A stretch of 61,141 nucleotides of DNA, taken from NCBI RefSeq assembly GCF_000002075.1, contig NW_004798009.1:279279-340419 (forward strand). The letters are read 5' to 3'. Source of the DNA: Aplysia californica (lineage: Eukaryota). Of this stretch, positions 49,535 through 61,141 are shown one piece after another; position 1 is the stretch's first letter; every line of letters starts with the position of its first letter. The translations under genes were made by a program, and so were the position numbers. The notes under the pieces are model-generated. The model was given only the letters and a program-made list of their open reading frames with translations, searched no databases and was not told the origin of the DNA.

Positions 49535-50340
49535 CTGAAGTGTCTTTAGGCTTTAGGCCATTCCTAAAGAGGGGACATTAACATGTTCTTATGCGCTGTA
49601 GAATTGTAAATGGGCTGACTCATCAATGTCATGCTCATCCTAACTGTGCCTGAACTGCAACGGGGAACTGATGTTTTTTCTTTCCTAATCCTTGCTATTG
49701 TCATTTTTCCTCTACTTCTTTTGTACGTAGTCTAAAAGCCCCCCCCCCCACCCCCCGGGCGGTGCTACTGACTGTTTTGTCTTTTGGCCATTCCCAAAGG
49801 GGGGACATTTCTCGTTCAAGCACTGTAGAATTGTAAATGGGCTGACTCATGTCACGCTCATAACTGTGCCTGATCTGCAACAGGGAACTGCTGCTTTTTC
49901 TTTCCTAATCGTTACTATTGTCATTTTCCTCTACTTCTTTTGTATGTTTGTCACACTCTTGTGACCCGCTATTTCCGGGGTGCCTTGATAGTCGAAGCTG
50001 ACCTTGTGCTGTTGAAGCGAGAGAGGTGAGTAGAGTTAGTCTGATTTCCTGCAAGGACTTCTCTGTTGACACCCACCCCTTGGCGCTCATATGACCTTAT
50101 GCAGTTGCCAGCACCGTTGAACCCTCTACTAAACAAAAAGTAGTCTAAAACAGCCATGTTTGTCTCACTCTTGTGACCCGCTATTTCCGGGGTGCCTTGA
50201 TAGTCGAAGCAGACTTTGTGCAGTTGAAGCTAGAGAGGTGAGCAGAGTAAACCTGATTCACTGTATGGACTTCTCAGTTGACATCCGCCCCTTGGCGCTC
50301 ATATGACGTTATGCTGTTGCGAGCGACGTAAAACTCTACC
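49535..50340 (+). mobile_element. Cluster of three partial/complete family A2 retroposon copies
   Basis: 5' half (49540-49730), full copy (49780-50135), 3' half (50157-50340); homologous to 13809-14175. Confidence 0.8.
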
Positions 50341-51125
50341 NNNNNNNNNNNNNNNNNNNNNNNNNNNNNNNNNNNNNNNNNNNNNNNNNNNNNNNNNNNN
50401 NNNNNNNNNNNNNNNNNNNNNNNNNNNNNNNNNNNNNNNNNNNNNNNNNNNNNNNNNNNNNNNNNNNNNNGGAAAGAGAGAACTGCTGAATTTTAAAATT
50501 ATTTCACGCACACAGCTCATTGACGTCACTTCGAAATATTGTCTTTTTTCGTTCATTGAAGCGTTGGAGCTTCGTATTTTGTTTTAATACGCGTTTTTAG
50601 TTTTACGGCACTTGCAACGCAATGAGATCATACAGGCTAAGTACCGAAGATTAGAGTAAACAAAAAAGGAGCTGACCACACTAAAACGCATGCCAACCAC
50701 CCACATTGAAGCTTCAATCATTTCGTAAAACAAATTTACAAGGCATTCACAAGAATTTTGGAAATTTTAAAAACTTCTCTAGATTCTAGGGACAAAAGTT
50801 TGAAAAATGATGAGATTAAATTTTTTAATATTCCACAACAACCTTTAAATAGTTCCTGGCGAGCCAAGAAAATCTTCTTTAATTATTTTTTTTCTTCTAA
50901 AAGTGAGCTCTTGATTACCTCCAGCATAAACAGACTCCCTTTGAGGGTCACGGCGTCTTCGAGGCTTCCAAGCAAGTAACAAAATGTGTTTTGAAATGGC
51001 ATATTTACAAGAACACTTCCACATTCACATTTTCACATATCACTCCAGACATAAGTCGTTGTTGAGAATTCGATTTTAATAAACTCTGAGATGAACTTTG
51101 ACACAGCCCAAGTCAGAACTGGTGA

Positions 51126-51183
51126 TTATCGCCCGTTATGGCCGTGCAGATGTTCCAAGTTCACAAACAGAACTGACCAGTAT
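51126..51183 (-). CDS. Secreted EF-hand protein, terminal exon (YWSVLFVNLEHLHGHNGR*)
   Basis: ttttcctcAG acceptor, phase 2 matches upstream ATC AG|gt; TAA at 51128-51126; ATTAAA on minus strand at about 51075-51080. Confidence 0.8.
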
Positions 51184-51194
51184 CTGAGGAAAAC

Positions 51195-51650
51195 ATTGAC
51201 ATAGGGAGAGGTGAACAGAGAGAATGAACAGGGACTGAAATGAATTGAGCGAGACATGAAGAGAGGGGAAATAAACAGGGGGAGAATAGACAAAAAGAAA
51301 ATACGGACGGTGGAGAAATGAACAGAGGGAGAAATGAGGCATAGGAAGAGAGGAACAGAGGGAGAAATGAAACAGAGGCAGATATTAATACATTGTATTA
51401 ACAGGGGGAAGAATAGACATGCAAAGAAATGAATGGTGAAGAAATAAACAAAGGGGGGGGGTGTAAACAGGGGTAGAAATGGAAATGAACAAACAGAAGG
51501 AGAAATGAACAGAAGGAAAATGGACAGAAAAAGAAATGCGCAATAGAGACATGAACAGAGGGGGAGATGAACGGGAACCGGGAAGAGAAATGAGGCAGAG
51601 GAAGAAGTGGACGGTGGAGAAATTAATAGAGGGAGAAACGAACAGATAAA
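51195..51650. repeat. Purine-rich degenerate minisatellite (gagaaatgaacagag...) in EF-hand gene intron
   Basis: Many about 16-20-bp degenerate units; source of the F/S/P-rich 183-aa ORF. Confidence 0.8.
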
Positions 51651-51664
51651 AAATGGGTTCCACG

Positions 51665-51870
51665 CCCCTATTAACACTCTTAGGTTATTTAAGGGGCGGG
51701 ACCTCCTAGTTTAACGTCCGTCTCCAACAGGACCGAGCCAAGTGGGAAGTTCGTGTAAAGTGCCTTTCCCAAGGACACAACGTCGGACCGAGCTGAGGCT
51801 CGAACCCCCGAACCCGCAATCTGACGATTACGAGTCCGGTAGCCTAACCACTAGGCTACCGACGCCACCA
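51665..51870 (-). mobile_element. tRNA-derived SINE with CORE-like segment (family D)
   Basis: Minus strand: ggcgtcggTAGCCTAGTGGttagg...GGGTTCGAGCC...gttgtgtccttgggaaaggcacttta...gacgttaaactaggaggtcc...ataggggcgt. Confidence 0.75.
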
Positions 51871-51965
51871 CGAACAGAGAGAGTGTATATTAAAGTAATG
51901 GACAGCAGGAGCAATTGACAGGTGGATTTTTCTTTTCTCACTCACTCACTCACTCACTCTCTCAC

Positions 51966-52060
51966 CTGATAAACTCAATCTCCTCCACCGTGCCGTCCCC
52001 ATCCCCATCAACAAACGCGTAGAAGTTGTCGTAGTCATGTTTGTCCCGATGGTAGTCACT
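51966..52060 (-). CDS. Second, slightly diverged copy of the 3' half of EF-hand exon 2 with splice donor (DKHDYDNFYAFVDGDGDGTVEEIEFIR)
   Basis: Near-identical to 52225-52305, ends AG|GTgag; may be the used exon end, an intronic duplicate or an allelic assembly duplicate. Confidence 0.5.
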
Positions 52061-52224
52061 CACCGACTNNNNNNNNNNNNNNNNNNNNNNNNNNNNNNNN
52101 NNNNNNNNNNNNNNNNNNNNNNNNNNNNNNNNNNNNNNNNNNNNNNNNNNNNNNNNNNNNNNNNNNNNNNNNNNNNNNNNNNNNNNNNNNNNNNNNNNNN
52201 NNNNNNNNNNNNNNNNNNNNNNNN

Positions 52225-52433
52225 AACTCAATCTCCTCCACCGTGCCGTCCCCATCCCCGTCAATGAGCGCGTAGAAGTTGTCGTAGTCATGTTTGTCCA
52301 GGTGGTGGTCACCGTCTACGTCATAGATGTCGTAGAGGGCGTGGCTGAGACTGTGCAGTGTGGGTGAGTGCAGGTCCACAAAGCTGGTGTACTCATGACG
52401 AGACACGCGACCGTCGCCGTTTGTGTCGTAACC
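52225..52433 (-). CDS. Secreted EF-hand protein, exon 2 (EF-hands 2-4; 3' end runs into gap)
   Basis: cctgcAG acceptor; GYDTNGDGRVSRHE, YDVDGDHHLDKHD, IDGDGDGTVEEIE loops. Confidence 0.9.
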
Positions 52434-52788
52434 CTGCAGGATGAAGATGAGAATAACGATAAGAGAACATGGAGTAAAAAGATAAAGAATGTACAGTCGA
52501 AATTATTTAATACGGCCACCCATTGTAGAGGGAAAAAAGTGGGCGTCTTAGTCTAATTCCTGTCTTATACAGTGTCATTATAATATTTCAAAANNNNNNN
52601 NNNNNNNNNNNNNNNNNNNNNNNNNNNNNNNNNNNNNNNNNNNNNNNNNNNNNNNNNNNNNNNNNNNNNNNNNNNNNNNNNNNNNNNNNNNNNNNNNNNN
52701 NNNNNNNNNNNNNNNNNNNNNNNNNNNNNNNNNNNNNNNNNNNNNNNNNNNNNNNNNNNNNNNNNNNNNNNNAGAATACGTCCAGGAC

Positions 52789-52950
52789 CTTGAAAGTAGC
52801 ATCCAGCTCATCCCTGGACAGAACGCCGTCCATGTTGGAGTCGGTAGATATGAACATTCCGTGGGCCGTCTCGTTGTAGGGTTTGAGGTCAATGGCCAGG
52901 GTCAAGGCCGGGAGCACCAGGGCAAGGAGGAGAAACAGAGATGACGTCAT
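52789..52950 (-). CDS. Secreted EF-hand (calmodulin-like) protein, first coding exon: signal peptide and EF-hand 1
   Basis: gccacaATG; MTSSLFLLLALVLPALTLA signal peptide; NET sequon; DSNMDGVLSRDE loop; AAG|GTcc donor in phase 0 gives ...ATFK-GYDTNGDG. Confidence 0.88.
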
Positions 52951-53689
52951 TGTGGCACTGCAAACTGTTTAATTCTGTAATGTAAAATGATATAAAGCAG
53001 TATCGTAACACGACGATTAAAACAACAAAAAAACAAACACAAAAACAAAACAACTGTACAACATATTTCCTTTACAATCTTATAAAGGAATTTCATCACT
53101 TCATTATCCTGCAACTTTCCTATAGATGTACTATCTTCAAAGACATCTCATCTCTGCAATACTGTCCTACAAATTTTCGTTACTGTCTTATAATGACATT
53201 TTATCACTTCATTATTGTCCTAGAAGTTTCCTTTCCTATCTTCAAAGACATCACATCACTTCATGGTAAGCAAGCAGATGAAAACAGCCTAGGGCCTACT
53301 CTTGGGGTGAGAGAAACTGTCACTGTCTCACAGGTCAAGACCTTTTCTGTGTCTTTTTGGACATAACCTGCTTTGTTGCAAGTACACGCCCTTCTTCGTT
53401 CACAATGTGCGAAAATGTAGGTTAAATGCCTCTTTTAACGTTGTCGATTTATTTATTAGAGGCTGGACCTCCGAATTTAACGGCCATCTTAGATCGGACA
53501 GAGTCAGATAGGTGGAGAGAGATTTATAGAATTACTCAAACAACCAAATTGCAAAACTCCCGTTTACAGTGTCTGATTCCAAGATCTGTGACGTGTGGTC
53601 CCTAAAGCTGTGCAGTCAAGCAATACAACAGGATGCATACTGTTGAAGATAGAACCAAAGGCCCAAATCTGACCACACGGACCGAAGCT

Positions 53690-54205
53690 AAATGACTGAC
53701 TGATTGAACACACGGACAGAAACTCTCTGACTAATTGACTGACAAAACACATGAACAGAAGATATTATCTGACTCACTGAAAACATGAACAGAAGCTATT
53801 TGACTGACTGACTAACTCATCATTCAGACAAAAGCTATCTGGCTAACTGACCACGCAAACAAAAGCTATCTAACTGATCACACGAGCAAAAGCTATCTAA
53901 TTGACCATGCGTACAAAACATATTTCACTGACTGACTGACTGACCACACAAACAAAATCTATCTCACTGACCACACAAACAAAATCTGTCTCACTGACCA
54001 CACAAACAAAAGCTATCCCACTGGCTGTCTCACTGACCACACAAACAAACTCTGTCTAACTGACCACACAAACAAAATCTATTTCACTGACCACACAAAC
54101 AAAAGCCATCCCAATGACAAAATGAGCAAAAGCTATCTAAACCACACAAACAAAAGCTATCTCACTGACCACACAAACAAAAGCTATCGCACTGACCACA
54201 CTATC
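53690..54205. repeat. About 26-28-bp minisatellite (ctgaccacacaaacaaaagctatctca)
   Basis: About 15 degenerate tandem units upstream of the EF-hand start exon. Confidence 0.88.
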
Positions 54206-55040
54206 TGAGTGACATCTGGTCTGACTGGCACGTTCTTATGTAGCAGCGCGAGCTGAGCTGAGGTGTTACGTAGCCGGCATTCTGCCTGGTGCCAGCTTTA
54301 GTGTTCGAGTCAACAATGTTTTAATACATGTATATTTTTACTGTGTGTCGATCTGAGGTTGAAAATAAAGATATTTACTGTATCACCAAAACGTTTTATT
54401 TCATTTTAGTTTTTATTTTACTTTGTTAGGTTCAAAGTTCAAAGAAGTAAAATCCCTTTTGACTACAATGATAATTGGAAATTTCCCAAAACAAATACGT
54501 GCGTGCAACCAGAAAACTATATACAGCGACGTCCAAAAAACGTGAACAAGTATCACCCAATAATCATGTTAAAACCTTGTACTACAAATTGTAAAGTAAT
54601 GCAGCTTACCAATTCAAAGCTAAATAAATTCTGCATAATCTTCTAACACGGTAATTTTCGTCTACAATAAGAGTCTCCGAGATATGGCCGCTCAAAATTA
54701 ACCTTTGAAAATCGTGTTTGAAAAAAATTGTGTAAAATCAAAGAACATAAAAGTGTGCTCGCGCTTGTATTGGAAAGTACTTACATTGGTGGAATGGACA
54801 TGAATTATATGTCAGAAGAATGGAGAATATTGTTGTCTCTGCAATGAACAATGTTTTATTACGATATTTTCAGACTGATTGAAAATCAAAAAGTCACAAA
54901 TACCACGTAAAATTTGGAATAAACGTTAAATGTGCCCATTAGTATAATTTTATTTACGAGTCTTTGGTTTCGTGTAGAGCACCAACCCTTTTTGAGCAGT
55001 GACTGTTAGATTTTGGACACAATCATCTGTCACTGAGAAA

Positions 55041-55163
55041 AGTGGGAAGACATGGAGTGTCACAAGCGACTAGCCCAGGATAGGGAAAGATGGAAAGTAT
55101 TTATTTGTTCGTGGCCTATTACTATTATCCTGATCCAGGGTGAGAAAGACAATGATGCTGATG
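55041..55163 (+). mobile_element. 5'-truncated RTE-like insertion with 16-bp TSD
   Basis: TSD atctgtcactgagaaa at 55025-55040 and 55164-55179; homologous to 27985-28140. Confidence 0.85.
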
Positions 55164-55609
55164 ATCTGTCACTGAGAAACAGGGACCACAAGACTGCCAT
55201 AGTTTAGGGCGGACTGGCAGGAATGAATATAACCCTACTTGGGTGAGAATCAATGGGTGGCTTCGTTCAGATGTCAACATCCCAAAAGTGCTGGAATGTC
55301 ACTTTGTTTCCTTATTTTCATCATGGTGTTTTTTAAAGTAGACTTCTTTATACACGATAAAGCACCTTCTCACAGGGTCAACGCTTTCAGACAATTCTAG
55401 GTCAAATCATACCAACGACGGAGTGGTCATCAGTAGATTATAACTCCGACATGAATCCAACAGAAATGTGGAACCCGTGAAACAGCAGCCGAAGAAACGC
55501 GACCTTGCTCCCACTTAAGACGCTTTATTTGCAACCCTTTTTAATATTTGGGATGACCCCCCCCCCCCAGCAACAGATAATTATGTCCAAAATTTAACAG
55601 TCCTTACCT

Positions 55610-56277
55610 AAAAGAAAACCGGAACAATGGTGGTAAGCAGAACAACTCCAACCCCAACATGCAATATAAAAATCAGTGATACCACCCTCAAGCAAGTACA
55701 ACATTTTAAATATTTGGGGACCATTATCATCAGATGGGAGATGTCACACCGAAATTAAAAGCCGCATTTGCCAAGCAAAAGCAACCTTCCACAAAATGAA
55801 ACAGGTATTCACAAACATCAATCTGTCACTGGAAACGAGATAAAGAGTACTGAAAAATTACATCGAGCCAATCCTATTATACAGGTGCGAAGCATGGATA
55901 ATCAATAAACAGCTGGAAAGAACAATTGTGGCGACAGAGTTGTGGTTCATAAGACGCATGCTACGTATCCCATGGACAACTAGAAAAACAAATGAAGAAG
56001 TCTTGGTTGAAGCAAATAGCAGAAGACAGCTTATGACGAATTTACGAAAATGGCAGGCAAATTTCCTCGGACACACAATGCGGAAAGAAGCATTGGAGAA
56101 TATTGTAACAACAGGCAAGTTTGATGGAAAGAGAGGCGGAGGCAGACAAAGGGAAAAGATACTGGACAAGGGCTGGGAGCAGCAAGAACAAGAGACACCA
56201 TTGCTGTAAAGCAAGACAGAGTGAAGTGGAGGTCCATGATCGCCCACGCCAGTCGGCAAGGCACCGGATGATGATGC
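55610..56277 (+). mobile_element. RTE-clade (BovB-like) LINE, degenerate 3' fragment
   Basis: QVQHFKYLG, EIKSRICQAKATF, PILLYRCEAW, ELWFIRRMLRIPW, FLGHTMR, GKRGGGRQ; stops/frameshifts; gatgatgat tail. Confidence 0.92.
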
Positions 56278-57007
56278 TCACACTATGCAGTCTTCGTGGC
56301 CCCTTAACCAGAGCATTTCGATGGTCACACCCTATTGAAAATGTAGTAAAAGTAAATTTTGCTACCCCCCACACCCTGCATTTCTAAAATAAGTCAGCTT
56401 CTTTCACGACTGACATTATGGACACCCAAAATATGGCCCAAAGAGGGTGAAGGTCCCGGGTGTGAGTACTAGGTCAAATAAGTTTAGAAAAGAGGGCTAA
56501 CTTGTTATTTTTATTTAACCCAAAATGTTTTAGCGTGTGTCATAGGCAGTTCTTAAAACATAAAGCTGCGTTTGCTAATTTACAGTTACATAACATGCCT
56601 AGGGGCAAATGTGTTTCTAAATATCGAGTGGGTAAAATTATCAGTTCCTGTAACCCTTAACTCCTTTTCTGCTAACTAAGCCCCCCCCCCCTTTTTTACG
56701 CTCCAAACGACACACTTTAAATAATTTAGGAGGCGGGCACCGACCCTGCCTGCTGAACCCTGATTGTTACTTAAAAACCACAAAAGGTAAACGCAAATTT
56801 CGCCCCCCCCCCAACCTCCATTCTTCTAAAAAGGTTGAAAACTTCTGCGCATAACGTCACGGAGACCTAAATGTAGCCCCACTCAGGGTGGAGACCCTAC
56901 ATTACGTAGTAGGTCTGAAAACAGGGCAACAGTTTACTTTTAAACCGAGAAATATGCTATCAGAAAGTGAACATGAAATCGCTTTTTTTCTTTCTAATGT
57001 AGGTGTC

Positions 57008-57046
57008 TTTTACGCCCCCAACGGCACTGCCTGTCAGAGCTAACCT

Positions 57047-57115
<69 letters not shown>

Positions 57116-57228
57116 ACATCCCAACAGAAAGATCGAGATACTCGATATATAGTTTCTCCCCACTCGGGAATCGAACTCGGGTCTCCTGTGTGCGACATCT
57201 AAGTGTATAACCGTTACACACAGACGTC
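57008..57228 (-). mobile_element. SINE family B copy interrupted by (AG)n (57051-57112)
   Basis: gggaatcgaactcgggtctcc B-box and ttttacgccccca tail. Confidence 0.7.
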
Positions 57229-57819
57229 GGTCATGACATCGTGCCAGCCTTCATTTATTTAGAAACAGAGAAGAACATACGTAAACAACACCCCGCCCCA
57301 CCCCCCTTCTAACAAACACTCCTCTCCACAGCCCAAACAGAATCTACCTAGCTCTGAACATAACCATGAATTGATGCAGCCTGCAATGTTCTGTTCAGCG
57401 GTGAACACGTTATGAACCACACGGGTCACGAAACAGCTGAGAACATGCAGGTGTTGTTTAACTCTTCCTAGCCACTGAGTTTGACAACGGCAATCTTTAT
57501 TCATCTCACAGTCGTGCCATATCAGCGTGTTGTATTCATGGAACAAGTCGCTACCTTAAAATTACAAAGCTCTATCTGACAATGTTGGCCTGTTTGTTTT
57601 GAGTTACTAAGACCATGAGGTCAGAAACCAATTAATGTTCTATTGGCTCTATCAAAATTGTTAAGATTATTCGGAATCGTTATCAAGATAATCAAAGAAT
57701 TGCATTCATAAAAGCTTGACACGTTGTGTGTGAAACTCAACTTTTTTAACGTTATTTTTCCCAAAACTAGGCACTGAACAAATATAACTTTGTACTTCAA
57801 GGGTAGCGAAGTGACACAC

Positions 57820-58050
57820 ACTGGCGTCTGTGGTGTTGCGGTTAGGCGTTTTGTAGTCGCAGGCAGGTGACCTGAGTTCGATTCGCGGGTGGGGAGAATT
57901 TTTTATTGAGTATCTCGGTTTTTCTGCTGGGATGTTGTACCCCTCTCCGGCCAAACTGGCCCTGACAGACAGGGTCTGAAATCTCCCTCCTAAACGATTT
58001 AAATTGTGTCGATGGGGGCGTAAAAACAACTACATTTAAAAACAAGTTAA
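57820..58050 (+). mobile_element. tRNA-derived SINE family B, full copy with 11-bp TSD
   Basis: A box tggtgttgcgg, B box gagttcgattc, tail ttgtgtcgatgggggcgtaaaaac; TSD aagtgacacac at 57809-57819 and 58051-58061. Confidence 0.85.
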
Positions 58051-58166
58051 AAGTGACACACCTGTCAAGTACTCTGATAAAATTGGAGCTCTTCATAATT
58101 TTTTCTGTCCGTCGAAGAACCCTGATCAGATTGGCATGAAAACTGATTTTTCTAACAATTTAGACT

Positions 58167-58328
58167 ATTTAAGAGGCAGGCTTCCGACCCTGCCTGTCAA
58201 GGCAAACCCAGGCTGAAAGAGATACAGCATTCCAGAAGACAGACCGGAGTACTCAAAAAAGATTATGCCTACCCGGGAATTGAATTCGGGTCTCCTGTGA
58301 AGCACCTCACCTCTACACCACAGACGCT
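58167..58328 (-). mobile_element. SINE family B copy
   Basis: Reverse complement similarity to 57820-58050. Confidence 0.7.
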
Positions 58329-59279
58329 GATTTTTCGCCAGGTTGTACGCAGATGATCGCAAATGACATGAGAAAACACAAATACAGCAAAGTGAATTCT
58401 CTGTTCTTTTCTTTATAATGTAACCGCATCCTACTGGGATTCTGGATACTTCTACACATGTATAATCTAGGGAGGATTCTTGGAAAAGCCCCCTTTTTTT
58501 GGTTGTGGGGTGGTTATTTTGCAGTTTGCAAGTGATGGTGGGTAGACATTCTATGTATTAAAATAAAGACACAATTATAATGCCAGGAAGATAGTATCAA
58601 AAAAGAAAAAAATAACACAATGGGTTTACAGTGGAAAATGAGGGGTTTTGTTTTGCAGGGGAGATCGTGGTGAAAACAATTGAGGATTTGAAGCGAAAGA
58701 GTTAAACAGACATTGTTGTCCACGGCTCTTACGGACTATCGTGACTCTCCTATCAGACATCAGCACACATTCTTTGATGACGTCAAAGCAAATTCTCTAC
58801 TCTCTTGAACCAGGAACTGCGTTCATGTTTCTGCCAAGATTTTGGCTAAAATCCTAGATCGGGCACCATCATGGCCGACGCTTTCTGCTCTTTACGAAAA
58901 CTGTGTTGCGCTGATGCCCATCATGAGTGCACAAATGAAGGTCGCTATAGTCGAGTACGTACCCAATCTTTTCCCCCTTGCCCTTCTTTTGGATCCAAAT
59001 ATGATTTAAAAAATGGTGTGTTCTGTGGTGAACCGGAAGTACGAAAGTGTGCACGATCTTGGATATTGTAATATAAGTCTATGGTTAAAGTGCGCGTTGC
59101 ATGGGGTCATACAATGTCGTGGACGCTTACGTTTAGGCCTAAATTTTATTTTAGTTTTGAGCAATTTGAAGTCTTTTAATTTCCCCCGGACGTCTTCCTG
59201 ATAACAATAAAGACTTTTAAAAAAATCAGGCCTTGATAATACCAAGTAGTTTACTTATAAAGAAGTATACATGCAGCTG

Positions 59280-59615
59280 AGCAGATGATTTACCTCGGTC
59301 GACATTGACAAATCACAATCAAAATATGTGCCAAGATATTCAGCTTTTCTTGCAAATGCAGTTTACGCATCATCAGTTTTCTCGCAATCGTTCTCAGCCC
59401 CATTCATAAACAGTTCAGTGCCTGCGATAATGACTTCTATTTTATCATTATTCAACTTGAGTTTATTTTTGTTCATCCAGTTTTCCACAGAGACATTACG
59501 ACATTCAGCACGATGGACAAGTTCAACTAAGTTGGTAAACTTTGTTGAACCATAAACTAATGTGTATGTCGTCAGCATAAAAATGATGCTTCAAGTCATA
59601 CATGGGTATTCAGCT
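59280..59615 (-). mobile_element. L2/CR1-group LINE reverse transcriptase fragment
   Basis: LKHHFYADD and ENWMNKNKLKLNNDKIE motifs, frameshifted. Confidence 0.85.
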
Positions 59616-59964
59616 TGCCATTTGAGTGCCTTTTAGGTTCCGCGTTTCAGTGGGTCGCCGCTTACGTGGTGTGGATCTATTGGGGGTACCGATTTCCTGA
59701 ACCCCAAGATGTACACCTGATTCTGTGTTCCATTTACTACCATTTTCCCACAAATTCTGTGATCCGTTGTCCAATTACAAATAGTTTGAATGCTCACACA
59801 AACAAATCCATCCATATTTGACTGAATTATAGCCGTCGTAAGGCAACACCATTCACCCCTGGGTGCGCAAAATTGTGGAATTTCTTGAGTACCGAAAGAG
59901 CTTTTAATGTAGGTGTTTTGCCCCCCCCCCCCCCCCCCCCCCCCCCGGGGGGACAAAAGAATAT

Positions 59965-60130
59965 TTTAGAAGCAGGATTCGACCCTGCATCTCAAGGCAA
60001 ACCTGGACTAAGTGGGATACATCATCCTTACAGAAAAACCGAGATACTCAATTAAAATTCTTCCCACACAGGAATGGAAGTCGGGTCTTCTACATGTAAG
60101 GGCAAAGCGCCTAATCGCAACACCACAGAC
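59965..60130 (-). mobile_element. SINE family B copy abutting gap
   Basis: agaaaaaccgagatactcaat...gcgcctaatcgcaacaccacagac matches reverse complement of 57823-57960. Confidence 0.72.
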
Positions 60131-61141
60131 NNNNNNNNNNNNNNNNNNNNNNNNNNNNNNNNNNNNNNNNNNNNNNNNNNNNNNNNNNNNNNNNNNNNNN
60201 NNNNNNNNNNNNNNNNNNNNNNNNNNNNNNNNNNNNNNNNNNNNNNNNNNNNNNNNNNNNNNNNNNNNNNNNNNCGACCGCTTTAAGGACATAAGATGGC
60301 AGTTCATTATAGGAATGCTCCACTGCTGTCCAAGGTTAAATACTGATACATTTGCAAACAAAGATTTGACAAATAACATCAACGCGATTTATTGCTTGAA
60401 TGCTGGAAAAGTTATCGGAATTATCTCTTTGGTGTTTTCTTACGATTTTACGTCTTGAGATTCTATTCAAATGAACGATTAGTACTTTGTGTGTTGTGTG
60501 TTTGTGTGTAGTTTTAATCGTGGCACATAGATGCAGATTACTGGAGAATATTATAGTCTATTACAACGCATCTTTCATGGTGGTGTGAAAAAAGGAATAC
60601 TTTACCATGCTTTTGTGTGCATGCACGAGGTAGGCATATTGCATGTTAAGGTACATAGGCAGCTAGACAGTTTAGGTTTACACTTACGCTTAAATGAAAT
60701 GCTTAAAAATTACAAGCGAATTAGCAAGAGCAAAAATGAAAATAAATAAATAAAAAAAGGAGCAAAATTCCCACTTGCGTAACGATATCCTTAATTAACT
60801 TGTGATAGGTGTTACAATGAAGAATTTTAGTCAATACCAGGCACAGGACAGTATTTTACTAAAACTATTAAATGTTTCTTGACATAACCATGTTTCGAGT
60901 TCGGTCGTTTTTTCTAATGAGAGTTGAAACTAACTTCATCTCATTACACAGCGTGTGGTTCACAGTAATCGTTGAGAATAGGGATTTAAGAGGTAGTGTG
61001 GTGAGCTGAGACCTTCAAAACACGAGTATGTACCAGTGGTGCCATTCAATAACTCAAAACTAAAACATTTGTTTTCAAACGCGTCTCTCCGTCTCTCGAT
61101 TGAAACCCTCCCCCCTCGTCCCAACTTCCCCAAACCCCTCC

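Noticed and set aside
51184-51677. 183-aa hydrophobic ORF suggesting a membrane protein
   Set aside because: Intronic minisatellite read-through; only the last 18 codons are the real exon.
57823-57895. tRNA gene
   Set aside because: Degenerate cloverleaf embedded in a multi-copy SINE with TSD.
59633-59830. Possible minus-strand exon
   Set aside because: A donor-like GTAAGC is present but the acceptor is weak and the peptide unrecognisable; insufficient support.

Overview
Repeat-rich, gapped eukaryotic (animal) genomic DNA. The SINE/LINE/MITE content and the secreted EF-hand gene suggest a mollusc, probably a gastropod (inference). Four spliced genes can be assembled by hand with phase-consistent GT-AG junctions: (1) the 3' exons of an uncharacterised + strand gene (3909-7303); (2) a complete five-exon FICD/HYPE ER AMPylase on the - strand (34384->18519, 545 aa: TM, TPR, inhibitory TNAIEGN helix, Fic motif HPFYDGNGRTSR); (3) a two-coding-exon TMEM263-like gene on the + strand, head-to-head with FICD (39117-40272, 100 aa); (4) a secreted, His-rich four-EF-hand protein on the - strand (52950->51126, about 144 aa). 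The rest is mobile DNA: a rearranged Ingi/I-group LINE with a virus-like 2A (StopGo) motif GDIELNPGP, RTE and L2 fragments, tRNA-derived SINEs, a headless short retroposon family with a shared 3' hairpin, Tc1/mariner, hAT and other MITEs, and a 3.86-kb Foldback/Mutator-like element with 36-bp-modular TIRs and a 9-bp TSD in FICD intron 1. A compact pseudoknot-like RNA structure lies in the putative TMEM263 3' UTR. No prokaryotic-type system (CRISPR, operon) is supported.
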